Made by a program: the position numbers and the translations under genes. The notes below the pieces were generated by a model. The model searched no databases. It was not told the origin of the DNA and saw only the letters and a program-made list of their open reading frames with translations. Below, in pieces: positions 27,584 through 37,007 of a DNA stretch of 64,000 bases. This DNA comes from Cenarchaeum sp. (GTDB taxonomy: Archaea > Thermoproteota > Nitrososphaeria > Nitrososphaerales > Nitrosopumilaceae): positions 1,728,001-1,792,000 of the forward strand of contig CBDESU010000001.1 of NCBI GenBank assembly GCA_965242695.1, read 5' to 3'. How positions within the stretch are numbered: the first letter of the stretch is position 1; every line of letters begins with the position of its first letter.

Positions 27584-28672
27584 CTAGCCTGCCGCGGGGG
27601 CGGGGGCGAGCTCGGACGCGTCGATCTCGAACGAGCCCTCCACAAAGTACTCTACGCGCGTCTTCTTGAACTCGCGCGCGCTGAACAGTATCTCGTACTC
27701 GTCGACTCCGATCTGGTCGCGGATGGACGCGGCCGTCCGCCTCGCCTCGTCCTCGGACCTGCAGTGGATCATCGAGAATACGTTGTACTTCCAGTCGGGG
27801 TACACGGGGCGCTGGTAGCAGTGGCTGACCTGGGGGAACGAGCCGAGCCTGGAGCCGACGTCCTCGACCATCCCGTCGGGCACCCTCCACACGATCATCC
27901 CGTTCGCGGTGAATCCGGCGTCGCGGTGCCGGAGGATCGCCGCGTAGCGGCGCATCACCCCGATCTCCTCGTAGCGGCGCAGCCTCTCGAACACCTCGTC
28001 CTCGGACATGCCGAGGGCGCGCGCGGCGGGGAGGAAGGGGCGGTCCTCGACGGGCAGGTCCTTTTGCAGCTGCCGCACGAACTCCCTGTCGGATTCGGAC
28101 GGGTCGAACTCGGCGCGCTCGATGCGCCTCTCCGGCTCGGACGGGGCGACATCGCGCTTCTTCGACTCTACCATTTCGAGTCGCACGCCGATCTTGAAGA
28201 GACGTATGGTCGGCAGCATGCGCGTGCGGGCGACCCCGCGTATGCGGCCGAGGCGGCCCACCTCGGACTTTAGGTCGGCGCCCGGCGGGACGGCTAGCGT
28301 AAACCACAGGTTGAACGCGTGGCGGCGCTCGTAGTTGTGGCTCACGCCGGGGTGGGCGTTGACGAGCTCGGCGACGCGCTCTAACCTGCCCGGCTCGACC
28401 TGCATGGCCACTAACGAGCTCTTGTAGCCGAGGCGCCGCGTGTCGAATATGGCGCTCAGTTGCCGCAGCACGCCGGCCCGCTTGAGCCGCGATATGCGCG
28501 ACTTTACCTCTTCGGTGCCGGTGCCAAAGCGGGACGCGAGCACGTCGTAGGGGCGCGCCTCGAGCGGGAACGACCACTGTATCTCGTTGAGGATCTCGCG
28601 GTCAAGGTCGTCCAGCTCCGCCGGCTGCGCGGCCGCCCGGTGCGGCGCGGCGGATGCGAGGGCCTGCGTCAC
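27584..28672 (-). CDS. Siroheme decarboxylase AhbA-AhbB fusion (NirDL-like)
   Basis: Two Lrp-like halves; HPGVSHNYER, VSHCYQRP..PDWKYNVFSMIH, REFKK. Confidence 0.9.
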   Translation of the reverse strand: MTQALASAAPHRAAAQPAELDDLDREILNEIQWSFPLEARPYDVLASRFGTGTEEVKSRISRLKRAGVLRQLSAIFDTRRLGYKSSLVAMQVEPGRLERVAELVNAHPGVSHNYERRHAFNLWFTLAVPPGADLKSEVGRLGRIRGVARTRMLPTIRLFKIGVRLEMVESKKRDVAPSEPERRIERAEFDPSESDREFVRQLQKDLPVEDRPFLPAARALGMSEDEVFERLRRYEEIGVMRRYAAILRHRDAGFTANGMIVWRVPDGMVEDVGSRLGSFPQVSHCYQRPVYPDWKYNVFSMIHCRSEDEARRTAASIRDQIGVDEYEILFSAREFKKTRVEYFVEGSFEIDASELAPAPAAG

Positions 28673-28816
28673 GGCGCGGCGGCGGAGGGTGCGATTAAAA
28701 GTGTAGCGCGCAGCCAGGGCGGCAAAGGGGCCCCGGCGCAGCGGGCGGCGCCGGCAGGGGGCATGTAGGCGCAAATAGGTAGCCATACATTAAATAGACC
28801 AAAAACTACCGCACTG

Positions 28817-29236
28817 GTGATGGCAGGGTCTAGGCGCAGGCGCAGTCGCAGTCGCAGGCGTGGCTGGTACGATCTCCCCCCGCTGAGGTACCCGATCACG
28901 TCCGCGATGGTCCGCACGAGCATGCTCGGCGTGTTCGTAAGGGTGGCGGTGCTGAAGACCTGGGTCAGGCGGCGCGACCCCGTGTCGCAGACGGCCGTTG
29001 TCACGCAGGGCACCACCTCGCTCGAGCAGTTCACGAGGCTGAGCCTCGAGGAGGACCTCGACGAGAGGGGCTGGGAGGGCGGCGAGACCCACGCGGTCGT
29101 GGGCGTCAGGGGCGAGGACGGGGACGTCAGGGTCAGCAAGTCCCGCCTCGCCGCCTTTGGGCGCCCGTTTCAGAGCGTCAGGCCGATCCGCGAGATGGTC
29201 GAAGAGTATGATCACAAGGCCCTAGTGAGTGCATAG
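28817..29236 (+). CDS. Hypothetical protein
   Basis: ORF with coding-like composition; attaaata box upstream. Confidence 0.6.
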   Translation: MMAGSRRRRSRSRRRGWYDLPPLRYPITSAMVRTSMLGVFVRVAVLKTWVRRRDPVSQTAVVTQGTTSLEQFTRLSLEEDLDERGWEGGETHAVVGVRGEDGDVRVSKSRLAAFGRPFQSVRPIREMVEEYDHKALVSA

Positions 29237-29262
29237 ACGAGCTCGAGGACGACCTTGAGGAC

Positions 29263-30891
29263 ATGTTCGGACTGCGGCACGGCCTGACGCACGCCCTGCC
29301 CGGCGGCCGGTTTGATGCGGAAAAGCCGCTGCGCCTCGTCTGGCGCGTCATGAGGGCCGGCATGGAGGGCCGCCCGCTGTACGTGGTCGCGGCCCTGCTC
29401 GTCGAGGCGTCCGTAATGGAGGCTGCCGGCAGGGCTGACGGCGCGCGCCGGGCCGCCGAAGAGGCCCTCGAGGTATGCGATGGAGTCCCAGAGGGAATGC
29501 AAGACGGGGACGGCGGCGGCGGCGATGCCCGGCAGGCCCGGGTGTGCAGGGCCTACGCCCTTGCACGCCTCCGCCGCACGGACGAGGCGGAGGCGGCCTA
29601 CAGGGAGGCGGCCGAAAAGAGCCCGCGCGACGTCCTGCCCCTTGTCGGCATGGGGCACCTCTTGGTGCAGGACGGCCGCCCGGAGGAGGCCGTCGAGTGG
29701 TATGCAAGGGCCGTGGCCGTCGATCCGGACCACGTGGCGGCGCGCACGAGCATGGGGCATGCGCTGGCCGTGGTCCGCGGCGCCGACGGGACAAAGTCCG
29801 TGCAGTGCTACCAGGACGCGATGCGCGGCGGCATCGAGGACGTGTCGCTCCGCGCGGGGTACGGCACCGCGCTGGCGATGATGGGCCTCTACGAGGAGGC
29901 TGCCGAGCAGTACCGCAGGGCAATCGAGCTGGATCCGGCCGATGCGGCCGCTTGCGTCGGGCTCGGAAACGCGCTTGCTGCGCTCAAGAGGCACGGCGAG
30001 GCCGCGGGGATGTACGAAGAGGGGATTCGGCTCGGCGCCGCCGCTGTGCCCGTGCGCGACGAGGTATTGGGCGAAGAGTCCGAGGCCGGAATCTTTGCGC
30101 TTGGTCTGGGCGGGGCCGCGGCGCACCGCGGGCTCGGAAACGCGCTGATTGAGACGGGCAGGCCGGAAAGGGCGGCAGTCGTCCTAGGCAGGGCCGCCTC
30201 GCTGGATCCCGGCAGCCTCGAGGCGCAGTCGGGGCTCGGGAGGGCGCTCTACATGTGCGGGCGGTACGAGGAGGCGGTCCGCGCAGGGCAGCGCGCCGTC
30301 GAGATCGACGCGGGCAGCCTGGAGGCGCAGGTGGGGCTCGGGAGGGCGCTCTACATGTGCGGGCGGTACGAGGAGGCGGTCCGCGCAGGGCAGCGCGCCG
30401 TCGAGATCGACGCGGGCAGCCTGGAGGCGCAGGTGGGGCTCGGGAGGGCGCTCTACATGTGCGGGCGGTACGAGGAGGCGGTCCGCGCAGGGCAGCGCGC
30501 CGTCGAGATCGACGCGGGCAGCCTGGAGGCGCAGGTGGGGCTCGGGAGGGCGCTCTACAAGTGCGGGCGGTACGAGGAGGCTGTCCGCGCAGGGCAGCGC
30601 GCCGTCGAGATCGACGCGGGCAGCCTGGAGGCGCAGGTGGGGCTCGGCGATGTGCTCTACAAGTGCGGGCGGTACGAGGAGGCTGTCCGCGCAGGGCAGC
30701 GCGCCGTCGAGATCGACGCGGGCAGCCTGGAGGCGCAGGTGGGGCTCGGGAGGGCGCTCTACAAGTGTGGGCGGTACGAGGAGGCCGTGGCCGCCTACAG
30801 GTCAGCCCTGGCCCTTGATGCCGGCAACCGCGAGGCGCGCAGGGGGCTGTGGGCTGCACTAGGACGATGGGAAAAGTATGCGGGGAGGTAG
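29263..30891 (+). CDS. Tetratricopeptide repeat protein
   Basis: Many 34-aa LG.AL...GRYEEA...A.AVEID units. Confidence 0.9.
   Translation: MFGLRHGLTHALPGGRFDAEKPLRLVWRVMRAGMEGRPLYVVAALLVEASVMEAAGRADGARRAAEEALEVCDGVPEGMQDGDGGGGDARQARVCRAYALARLRRTDEAEAAYREAAEKSPRDVLPLVGMGHLLVQDGRPEEAVEWYARAVAVDPDHVAARTSMGHALAVVRGADGTKSVQCYQDAMRGGIEDVSLRAGYGTALAMMGLYEEAAEQYRRAIELDPADAAACVGLGNALAALKRHGEAAGMYEEGIRLGAAAVPVRDEVLGEESEAGIFALGLGGAAAHRGLGNALIETGRPERAAVVLGRAASLDPGSLEAQSGLGRALYMCGRYEEAVRAGQRAVEIDAGSLEAQVGLGRALYMCGRYEEAVRAGQRAVEIDAGSLEAQVGLGRALYMCGRYEEAVRAGQRAVEIDAGSLEAQVGLGRALYKCGRYEEAVRAGQRAVEIDAGSLEAQVGLGDVLYKCGRYEEAVRAGQRAVEIDAGSLEAQVGLGRALYKCGRYEEAVAAYRSALALDAGNREARRGLWAALGRWEKYAGR
30211..30787 (+). 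repeat. About 5.6 near-identical 102-bp units inside the TPR gene
   Basis: Units start at 30211, 30313, 30415, 30517, 30619, 30721. Confidence 0.95.
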
Positions 30892-31103
30892 CGTACGCGC
30901 GGGCAGGGCACAGGAAATTTGCGGCGCGGAAGATTGCAGAAGGCGGCGCGCGCTGCAGCTCAGGCCGCAAAGACGGCGAGTTGCAGATCCCGCATCCCAA
31001 GGACGGCGCCGCCTGCGGTCGGTTGGGCAACAGCGGCGGCGCTGGCGCCAAGATCAAGTCGCGGGCCGCGGCAGCGCAAAAAATGCAGCGTACGGACGCC
31101 CGC

Positions 31104-31403
31104 CTAGCACGAGATGCGCGCCATGTACCTTGCATAGTCCCGCGCAAACGCCCTGTGGATGCCCACCTCCCTCTGCCACTTTAGCCAGCGTTGCAGATCG
31201 CGCTCGGCTTCCCGGTCTACCTCCACCTCCATCCTGCGCTCAATCCTGCGCTCCCTTGCTCGCTCCATGTACTCTTCTACCACGCTGTACTGGTACTCGG
31301 TAGGATTGTCCGAATCGATGGCCTCCTGGGCCAGGGCATCGAGCTGCTCGTAGCTCATCTTGCTGGGATCCGTTGCGGGTGGCTCTTTCTTTGTCGCGCT
31401 CAC
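31104..31403 (-). CDS. Small charged hypothetical protein
   Basis: GTG at 31403 with ttttata box ~25 nt upstream; helical, E/R-rich. Confidence 0.55.
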   Translation of the reverse strand: MSATKKEPPATDPSKMSYEQLDALAQEAIDSDNPTEYQYSVVEEYMERARERRIERRMEVEVDREAERDLQRWLKWQREVGIHRAFARDYARYMARISC

Positions 31404-31773
31404 GAATGGGGACGGCGGTCGGGCCCATATAAAATATTGGTGTAGCCCGGTGCCTGAATGGCACACATTCGGGTCGGGCAAGCGATGCGCACGTCCGGGG
31501 CGGCCGTGGCGCAGTTGATGTCAGACTCGAATGTCTACCCAGCACGGTCCGCCGGCCCCGTCTCGCCCTCTGCCAACCCTCCGTCGAGCTTGCCCCGCCG
31601 GTGACCGTGCATGGTGGACCTCGGAGACAGTCCGCGCCGGCAGGGTGCAGTTTCCCATGCAGAACGGCAAAGGCTGCGGCCAATGCGCAAGAGACGCCGG
31701 AGATCCGGGCGTGCGCCGGCGCGCCGGCGCGCCGCACATCCCCTTAATACGGCCGGCGCCGCGGCCGACAGGC

Positions 31774-32490
31774 ATGATCGTCGACCTGCGAGTGGCCGGC
31801 CGCGCCGCCGTAGTGATCGGGGCCGGCGCCGAGGCGCTCAAGAGGACCAAGGCGCTACTAGCCGGAGGGTGCGCCGTGCGCGTCATCGCCGCCGCCGACC
31901 GGACGGGCGGCAGGCTCGCAGAGATGGCCGCTTCTGGCGCAATCACGCTAGAGCTGGGGGGCCGCATCGACTCGGCGGCAACGATCATCGCGGAGCTCGC
32001 CCCATTCATCGTCGTGGCGGCAACCGACGATGCGAGCCTCAACGCCAGGATTGCATCCGAGGCAAGGCAGGCAGGCTGCCTTGCGTACGCCGTCGACAGC
32101 CAGGCCGTCAGCGACTTTGCCAACCTGTCGGCAATCGACATCGGCGGGGGCTCTGGGGAACGGGGCGCAGGAATCTCCGTGGCCGTCTCGACCGGCGGGG
32201 CGAGCCCCGCCATGGCACGCGAGCTGCGCGCCCGCATCGAGCCGCTCGTCCGCTCCGCCATCACGCCGGCCGACACGGGCATGGTCGCCCTGCATGCGCG
32301 CCTCCGCCCCCTGATCGCCGAGCGGATGGCAGGCTCCGGACAGCCGGCGCGCCGCGCGGCCCTTGCCAGGATATCGGCAGACCCCGCCCTCAAACAGTTA
32401 TTAGATCACGAAGAGTCCGAGGGGGCGTGGAGGCGGGCAGCGGAGATGCTCGGCGCGATCTGCAATGAGGCAGGGCCTGGTCAACGCTAG
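31774..32490 (+). CDS. sirC: Precorrin-2 dehydrogenase (SirC/CysG N-terminal)
   Basis: VVIGAGAEA, VAATDD..LN, VAVSTGGASP. Confidence 0.9.
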   Translation: MIVDLRVAGRAAVVIGAGAEALKRTKALLAGGCAVRVIAAADRTGGRLAEMAASGAITLELGGRIDSAATIIAELAPFIVVAATDDASLNARIASEARQAGCLAYAVDSQAVSDFANLSAIDIGGGSGERGAGISVAVSTGGASPAMARELRARIEPLVRSAITPADTGMVALHARLRPLIAERMAGSGQPARRAALARISADPALKQLLDHEESEGAWRRAAEMLGAICNEAGPGQR

Positions 32491-33796
32491 GGTCACGTTC
32501 CGCTCGTCGCCGATACACGTCCTCGAGCGGTTCACCTTTGCCGACGCCCGCTCGGCCATGTCCGAGTTTCGCTCCCGCTCGGGGCTCGACGAGTGCGTCA
32601 TAGTGCAGACGTGCAACCGCGTCGAGCTGTTCGGCGCCGCGCCGTCCCCCGACGAGGGCCTCATACGGAGCACGTGGGCATCGCTGGCGGACGTGCCAGA
32701 GTCCGAGTTCGGCGGCAACCTAGAGGTCGGCGGCGGGCGCGACGTGATGGAGCACCTCCTCAGGCTCACGTCGGGCCTGGACTCGATGGTCGTCGGCGAG
32801 GAGCAGATACTCGGGCAGGTGCGCGACTCGATCGCCGCCGCTCGCGCGGCCGGCGCGTCCGGCAGGCGCCTCAACACGCTCTTCGACAGGGCCATCAGGG
32901 CGGGCGCGCGCATACGCAGCGAGACGGGAATCAGCCGCGGAGGGGTGTCGGTCGGCTCGATGGCCGTGCGCCTTGCCGAGGAGAACATCGACGACATGCG
33001 GTCGCGCAGCGTCCTCCTGATAGGCACCGGCCAGGTCTCGACGCTCGTGGCAAAGTCGCTGCTCCGAAGGGGGTACGCGTTCGGCGTGGCCAGCCGGACC
33101 ATGGAGCGCTCGCGCACGTTCTGCGAGGCCATGGGCGGCGGCTCGCCCGTCGGGTTCGCCGACGCGCTCGCCGGGTTCGCAGGATACGACGTCATGTTCG
33201 TCGCCACCGCCGCCCCCTACTACATGGTGACGCGCGACCGCATCGCGGCGGCCATCGAGCAGAGGCGCGGCGGATGCAAAGGCGGCGGATGCGCGGACGG
33301 GGGAGGCATGATGATCCTCGACCTGTCAAACCCCCGCACCGTAGACGAGCGCGTCGCGACCCTCGGCGGCGTAAAGCTCATGAACCTCGACCAGATAGCC
33401 GAGATGGTCGACAAGAACATGCGCAGCCGCGCGGCAAAGGCCGGCGCCGCAGAGGGCATCATCGCGTCCGAGGAGATGCCGGCCATCGAGTCGGCGATGA
33501 ACCGGCTCGATGCCGAGCCCATCGTCGAGGGGGCCTTCAAGAGGGCCGACGAGGTGCGCGCGCGCGAGCTGCGCAAGGCCCTGCAGATGCTGGGCGAGGA
33601 CGACGCCGATCGCGTGAGGATCATAGACGGCCTGACAAGGGCCGTCGTGGAGGGGATAATGTCCGGCCCCATGAACAACCTGCGGAGGGCGTCCGAGGAG
33701 GGGGATGCAGAGGGCGTGATCGAGGCGGCATCGAGGCTGTTCGGGGACGGCCGCGGCAATGGCGGCGACATGGGGCCAAGGGCCGGCGCACCGTAG
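32465..33796 (+). CDS. hemA: Glutamyl-tRNA reductase
   Basis: QTCNRVE, SGLDSMVVGEEQILGQV, DLSNPR. Confidence 0.96.
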   Translation: MRQGLVNARVTFRSSPIHVLERFTFADARSAMSEFRSRSGLDECVIVQTCNRVELFGAAPSPDEGLIRSTWASLADVPESEFGGNLEVGGGRDVMEHLLRLTSGLDSMVVGEEQILGQVRDSIAAARAAGASGRRLNTLFDRAIRAGARIRSETGISRGGVSVGSMAVRLAEENIDDMRSRSVLLIGTGQVSTLVAKSLLRRGYAFGVASRTMERSRTFCEAMGGGSPVGFADALAGFAGYDVMFVATAAPYYMVTRDRIAAAIEQRRGGCKGGGCADGGGMMILDLSNPRTVDERVATLGGVKLMNLDQIAEMVDKNMRSRAAKAGAAEGIIASEEMPAIESAMNRLDAEPIVEGAFKRADEVRARELRKALQMLGEDDADRVRIIDGLTRAVVEGIMSGPMNNLRRASEEGDAEGVIEAASRLFGDGRGNGGDMGPRAGAP

Positions 33797-33894
33797 GCGC
33801 ATGCGCCCGCCTCCCAGCACCGGCAATCCAGGAGCAGCCGCCGGCGCGGCCGGGCAGCCGCCGGCGCGGCCATTCGGGCGGCGCGATTGTTATT

Positions 33895-34911
33895 ATGGGC
33901 GCGCCGCCGGCGCGGCCCGTGTCGTTTCCGGCAAGGAGGCTCAGGCGCCTGCGCGGGTCCTCCCCCATGCGCGACCTGCTGCGCGAGACGCGCCTCTCGC
34001 CGAAGGACATGGTAAGCCCCCTGTTTGTCCAAGAGGGGCTGTCATCCAAAGCAGAGGTCGACTCGATGCCGGGCGTGTACAGGGTCCCCGTATCCGAGGC
34101 CGCCGCCGAGGCCGGCGACATGCTTGCGGCAGGCGTGCCGGCCGTCATGGTGTTCGGCATACCGGCATCAAAGGACGACGAGGGGTCCTCGGCGTACGAC
34201 GATAGCGGGGTCGTGCAGTCGGCCATATCGGCCATACGCGCGTCCCACGGCGACCGCATGGCGATCATGTCCGACGTGTGCCTCTGCCAGTACACGTCCA
34301 CGGGCCACTGCGGCGTCGTGCGCGGCGGAGTCGTCGACAACGACGAGAGCGCGGAGCTGCTGGCCCGCACGGCCGTCAGCCAGGCAAGGGCCGGCGCGGA
34401 CGTCGTATCGCCGTCGGCAATGATGGACGGGCAGGTCGCCGCCATACGCGCCGCGCTAGACAAGGAGGGGCTCGGGAACGTGGCCATCATGTCGCACTCG
34501 GCAAAGCACCGCTCGTCGATGTACGCGCCGTTTCGCGACGCGGCAGACTGCGCGCCGCAGTTTGGCGACCGCCGCACGTACCAGGTGCCGTACTCGAACG
34601 CCAGGGAGGCGCTGGCCGAGGTCGAGTCCGACGTGGCCGAGGGCGTCGACATCGTAATGATAAAGCCGGCCCTCGCGTACCTCGACCTCATAGCCGAGTC
34701 GAGGCGAAGGTTCGGAGTTCCCGTCGCGGCGTACAGCGTGTCCGGCGAGTACTCGCTCGTCTCGGCTGCCGCGAGGCTCGGCTGGGTCGACGGCGAGCAG
34801 GTCATGCTCGAGATGCTCACGTCGATGAGGCGCGCCGGCGCCGACATCATAGTCACGTACTTTGCAAGGGCGGCGGCCCGGGCCCTGGCGGCCGGAAAGG
34901 GCGGGGCCTAG
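33895..34911 (+). CDS. hemB: Porphobilinogen synthase
   Basis: RLRRLR, DVCLCQYTSTGHCG, PSAMMDGQV, MIKPALAYLD, YSVSGEY. Confidence 0.96.
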   Translation: MGAPPARPVSFPARRLRRLRGSSPMRDLLRETRLSPKDMVSPLFVQEGLSSKAEVDSMPGVYRVPVSEAAAEAGDMLAAGVPAVMVFGIPASKDDEGSSAYDDSGVVQSAISAIRASHGDRMAIMSDVCLCQYTSTGHCGVVRGGVVDNDESAELLARTAVSQARAGADVVSPSAMMDGQVAAIRAALDKEGLGNVAIMSHSAKHRSSMYAPFRDAADCAPQFGDRRTYQVPYSNAREALAEVESDVAEGVDIVMIKPALAYLDLIAESRRRFGVPVAAYSVSGEYSLVSAAARLGWVDGEQVMLEMLTSMRRAGADIIVTYFARAAARALAAGKGGA

Positions 34912-34924
34912 GCGGCGATGCCGC

Positions 34925-35239
34925 ATGAGGGACGACGAGAGGTTCGAGATAGAGCGCGCGTTCGACCTGCTGCCGCACGTCGTCGGCGCCAGCTGGGCGA
35001 CCGCGTGGTTCCGCCTGTCGGGGATCAAGAGGCCCACGCGCGACGAGTTTCGCGCAAAGGCGGCCGAGTACTTTGGGATGCCCGGCGCGCTGTACTGCGC
35101 GTTCGACGGCTCCGGCGGCAGCCTGGGCGAGATGTCGGCGTACATCGCAAGGAGGCGCGGGGAGGAGTCGGCCCGCATCCTCGGCGGGCAGAACAGGGAG
35201 ATCGAGCGGCGGTACGACAGGTACGTCGACTACGGCTAG
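34925..35239 (+). CDS. Hypothetical protein
   Basis: MRDDERFEIERAFDLLPHVVGASWA...YDRYVDYG; coding-like. Confidence 0.7.
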   Translation: MRDDERFEIERAFDLLPHVVGASWATAWFRLSGIKRPTRDEFRAKAAEYFGMPGALYCAFDGSGGSLGEMSAYIARRRGEESARILGGQNREIERRYDRYVDYG

Positions 35240-35260
35240 GGCCCCTGCGCGGGCGGCCCC

Positions 35261-36142
35261 CTACGGCCCCCTCTCGTACAGGTTCACCGTGACCTTTGTC
35301 ACGGACTTGTCGAGCGCGTCGGGCAGGACGAGCAGGAGGCCGCCGCCGGGCCCCACGCCCGTGCAGGCCCCGCTGAAGCTCCTCATGTTCCTCGCCGAGC
35401 AGCCCCGCTCCCCGCTCGCCTCGAACCCGCCGTCCCCGTAGTACGCGTCGCGCTGCGACTCTGACGGGACAAAGTACGCGTCGATGCCGATCCCGGCCGC
35501 ATCGGTGCGCACGCTGTACTCGTACGTCGTCGACGTCTCGGCCGACGTGCACACGGGGATGAACTGCGCGTACCCCGAGCGCATCAGCGAGTCGTGGTCG
35601 GCCCCGCCGTACGCCTCGTTCGGCACGCTCGGGTACATCGAGACGGACGGGTCTATGTGGAGCTGCCCGCCCTGCAGGTACTCGATCTCGTGGCGCACGG
35701 CGTCGATGGCCCTGCGGTACAGTATCGGCTGCCACTCGTCGCGGCACTCGCTGAACCCGTGCCGGAGCTCGACGTACTCTTTTCCGCCCGCCGAGAGGAG
35801 CCGGTTTTCGTTGTACGTTGCGGCATCGCCCCCCGCGCCTTCGCCCTCGCCGCCGCGGCTCTTGTACCACGAGTTGGTCACCTCGAATATTATGTTGCGC
35901 GGGTGGCTGTCCCATTCGGGCTGCAGGTGGACGTACACCGAGTACCGGTTGGCCACCTGCTCCGCGTCGCCTGCGCCGAGCAGGTGCCCGAACAGCGCGT
36001 TGGACAGGACCAGTGCGAACGCCGCGGCGGGCACCGCCACGTACAGGATGCGCCGGTCCACGGGCCGCCGGCGGCGGCGGCCGGATTTACCCGTTTGCGG
36101 CAGCCCGCGGCGGCCGCGCCGGCCCCGGCCTACAGGCGCCAC
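35261..36142 (-). CDS. Membrane-anchored hypothetical protein
   Basis: Basic N-terminus, one TM helix, globular C-terminus. Confidence 0.7.
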   Translation of the reverse strand: MAPVGRGRRGRRGLPQTGKSGRRRRRPVDRRILYVAVPAAAFALVLSNALFGHLLGAGDAEQVANRYSVYVHLQPEWDSHPRNIIFEVTNSWYKSRGGEGEGAGGDAATYNENRLLSAGGKEYVELRHGFSECRDEWQPILYRRAIDAVRHEIEYLQGGQLHIDPSVSMYPSVPNEAYGGADHDSLMRSGYAQFIPVCTSAETSTTYEYSVRTDAAGIGIDAYFVPSESQRDAYYGDGGFEASGERGCSARNMRSFSGACTGVGPGGGLLLVLPDALDKSVTKVTVNLYERGP

Positions 36143-36756
36143 AGCCGCGGCCGCACCAGCCGCAGGCGGCGCTCGGACAGGAGGAGAGCCCAGTCTATCG
36201 AGGCGAACAGGACCACGGCGGCAACTCCGGCCGCGTCTGCCACGAGTATGCCGACGAGCCGGTCCTCGAACATGTCGAGCAGCGGCACGAGGACTGCGCC
36301 GCTCACCGAGATCATCACATAGTACGACACGGCGCGCCCCGCCCAGAACCCGGCGTACAGGCCCGCGCTGCGCGCCCCCATCAGCCCGTACGCCACGAAC
36401 AGCATGTTGCTCGGCAGGGGCGTGGCTGCGAACAGGAACGAGGCCGCCGCGTACCCGTACCTCTTGCCGTTGAGGTACGCGCCGATCGCGTCAAGGCGCG
36501 ATCGCTGCTCCCCGGCGGCGAACCTCCTGAACATGCCGCTTGCGCGCTTGAGGATCATCCGGCCGGCCGTCGCGCCGGTCGCCCCCACAAGGGCCAGCGC
36601 TAGCGGGTCGAACCCCGCGGGATCGACCGCGTACAGCGACGAGAGGACGATCCAGGTAGGCGGCATCAGCAGCGGGGATGCGTTGAGGGCCACCAGGATC
36701 GCAAGGACGCCGGCGTACGACAGGCCCGCGATCGCCTCGAGCAGGTCGGCAGCCAC
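36130..36756 (-). CDS. Integral membrane protein (DedA/VTT-like)
   Basis: Several TM helices; PLLMPPTW, FLFAATPLPSN. Confidence 0.7.
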   Translation of the reverse strand: MAADLLEAIAGLSYAGVLAILVALNASPLLMPPTWIVLSSLYAVDPAGFDPLALALVGATGATAGRMILKRASGMFRRFAAGEQRSRLDAIGAYLNGKRYGYAAASFLFAATPLPSNMLFVAYGLMGARSAGLYAGFWAGRAVSYYVMISVSGAVLVPLLDMFEDRLVGILVADAAGVAAVVLFASIDWALLLSERRLRLVRPRLWRL

Positions 36757-36884
36757 GGCCGGCCCTAGTGCCGTGCGTACAAAATCCTTCCCCAGGGGGC
36801 GGCGGGGCGCCCGCCGCCGGCATCCAGGGGCAAAGAAGACAAAATGTCCGGCAATCTTATAGCCAAGTGCGGGCGCTTCAATGC

Positions 36885-37007
36885 ATGTCTTGCATCCTGT
36901 GGAAGTGCTACAGGTGCGATCTGGCATTCAGGGACGAGGTGCATGCCCGCATGCACGAGGAGATATCGGGCCATGTGCCGACCAAGGTAAGGGCAGTGGC
37001 CGCCTAG
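36885..37007 (+). CDS. Small C2H2 zinc-finger protein
   Basis: WKCYRCDLAF...ARMHEEISGH; cttata box upstream. Confidence 0.65.
   Translation: MSCILWKCYRCDLAFRDEVHARMHEEISGHVPTKVRAVAA

Noticed and set aside
30211-30787. Diversity-generating retroelement template/variable repeats
   Set aside because: Differences are not adenine-specific and there is no reverse transcriptase
25291-34911. Co-occurrence of a ChdC-like protein and AhbAB as a novel heme pathway
   Set aside because: To my knowledge this is a usual gene complement in Nitrososphaerota
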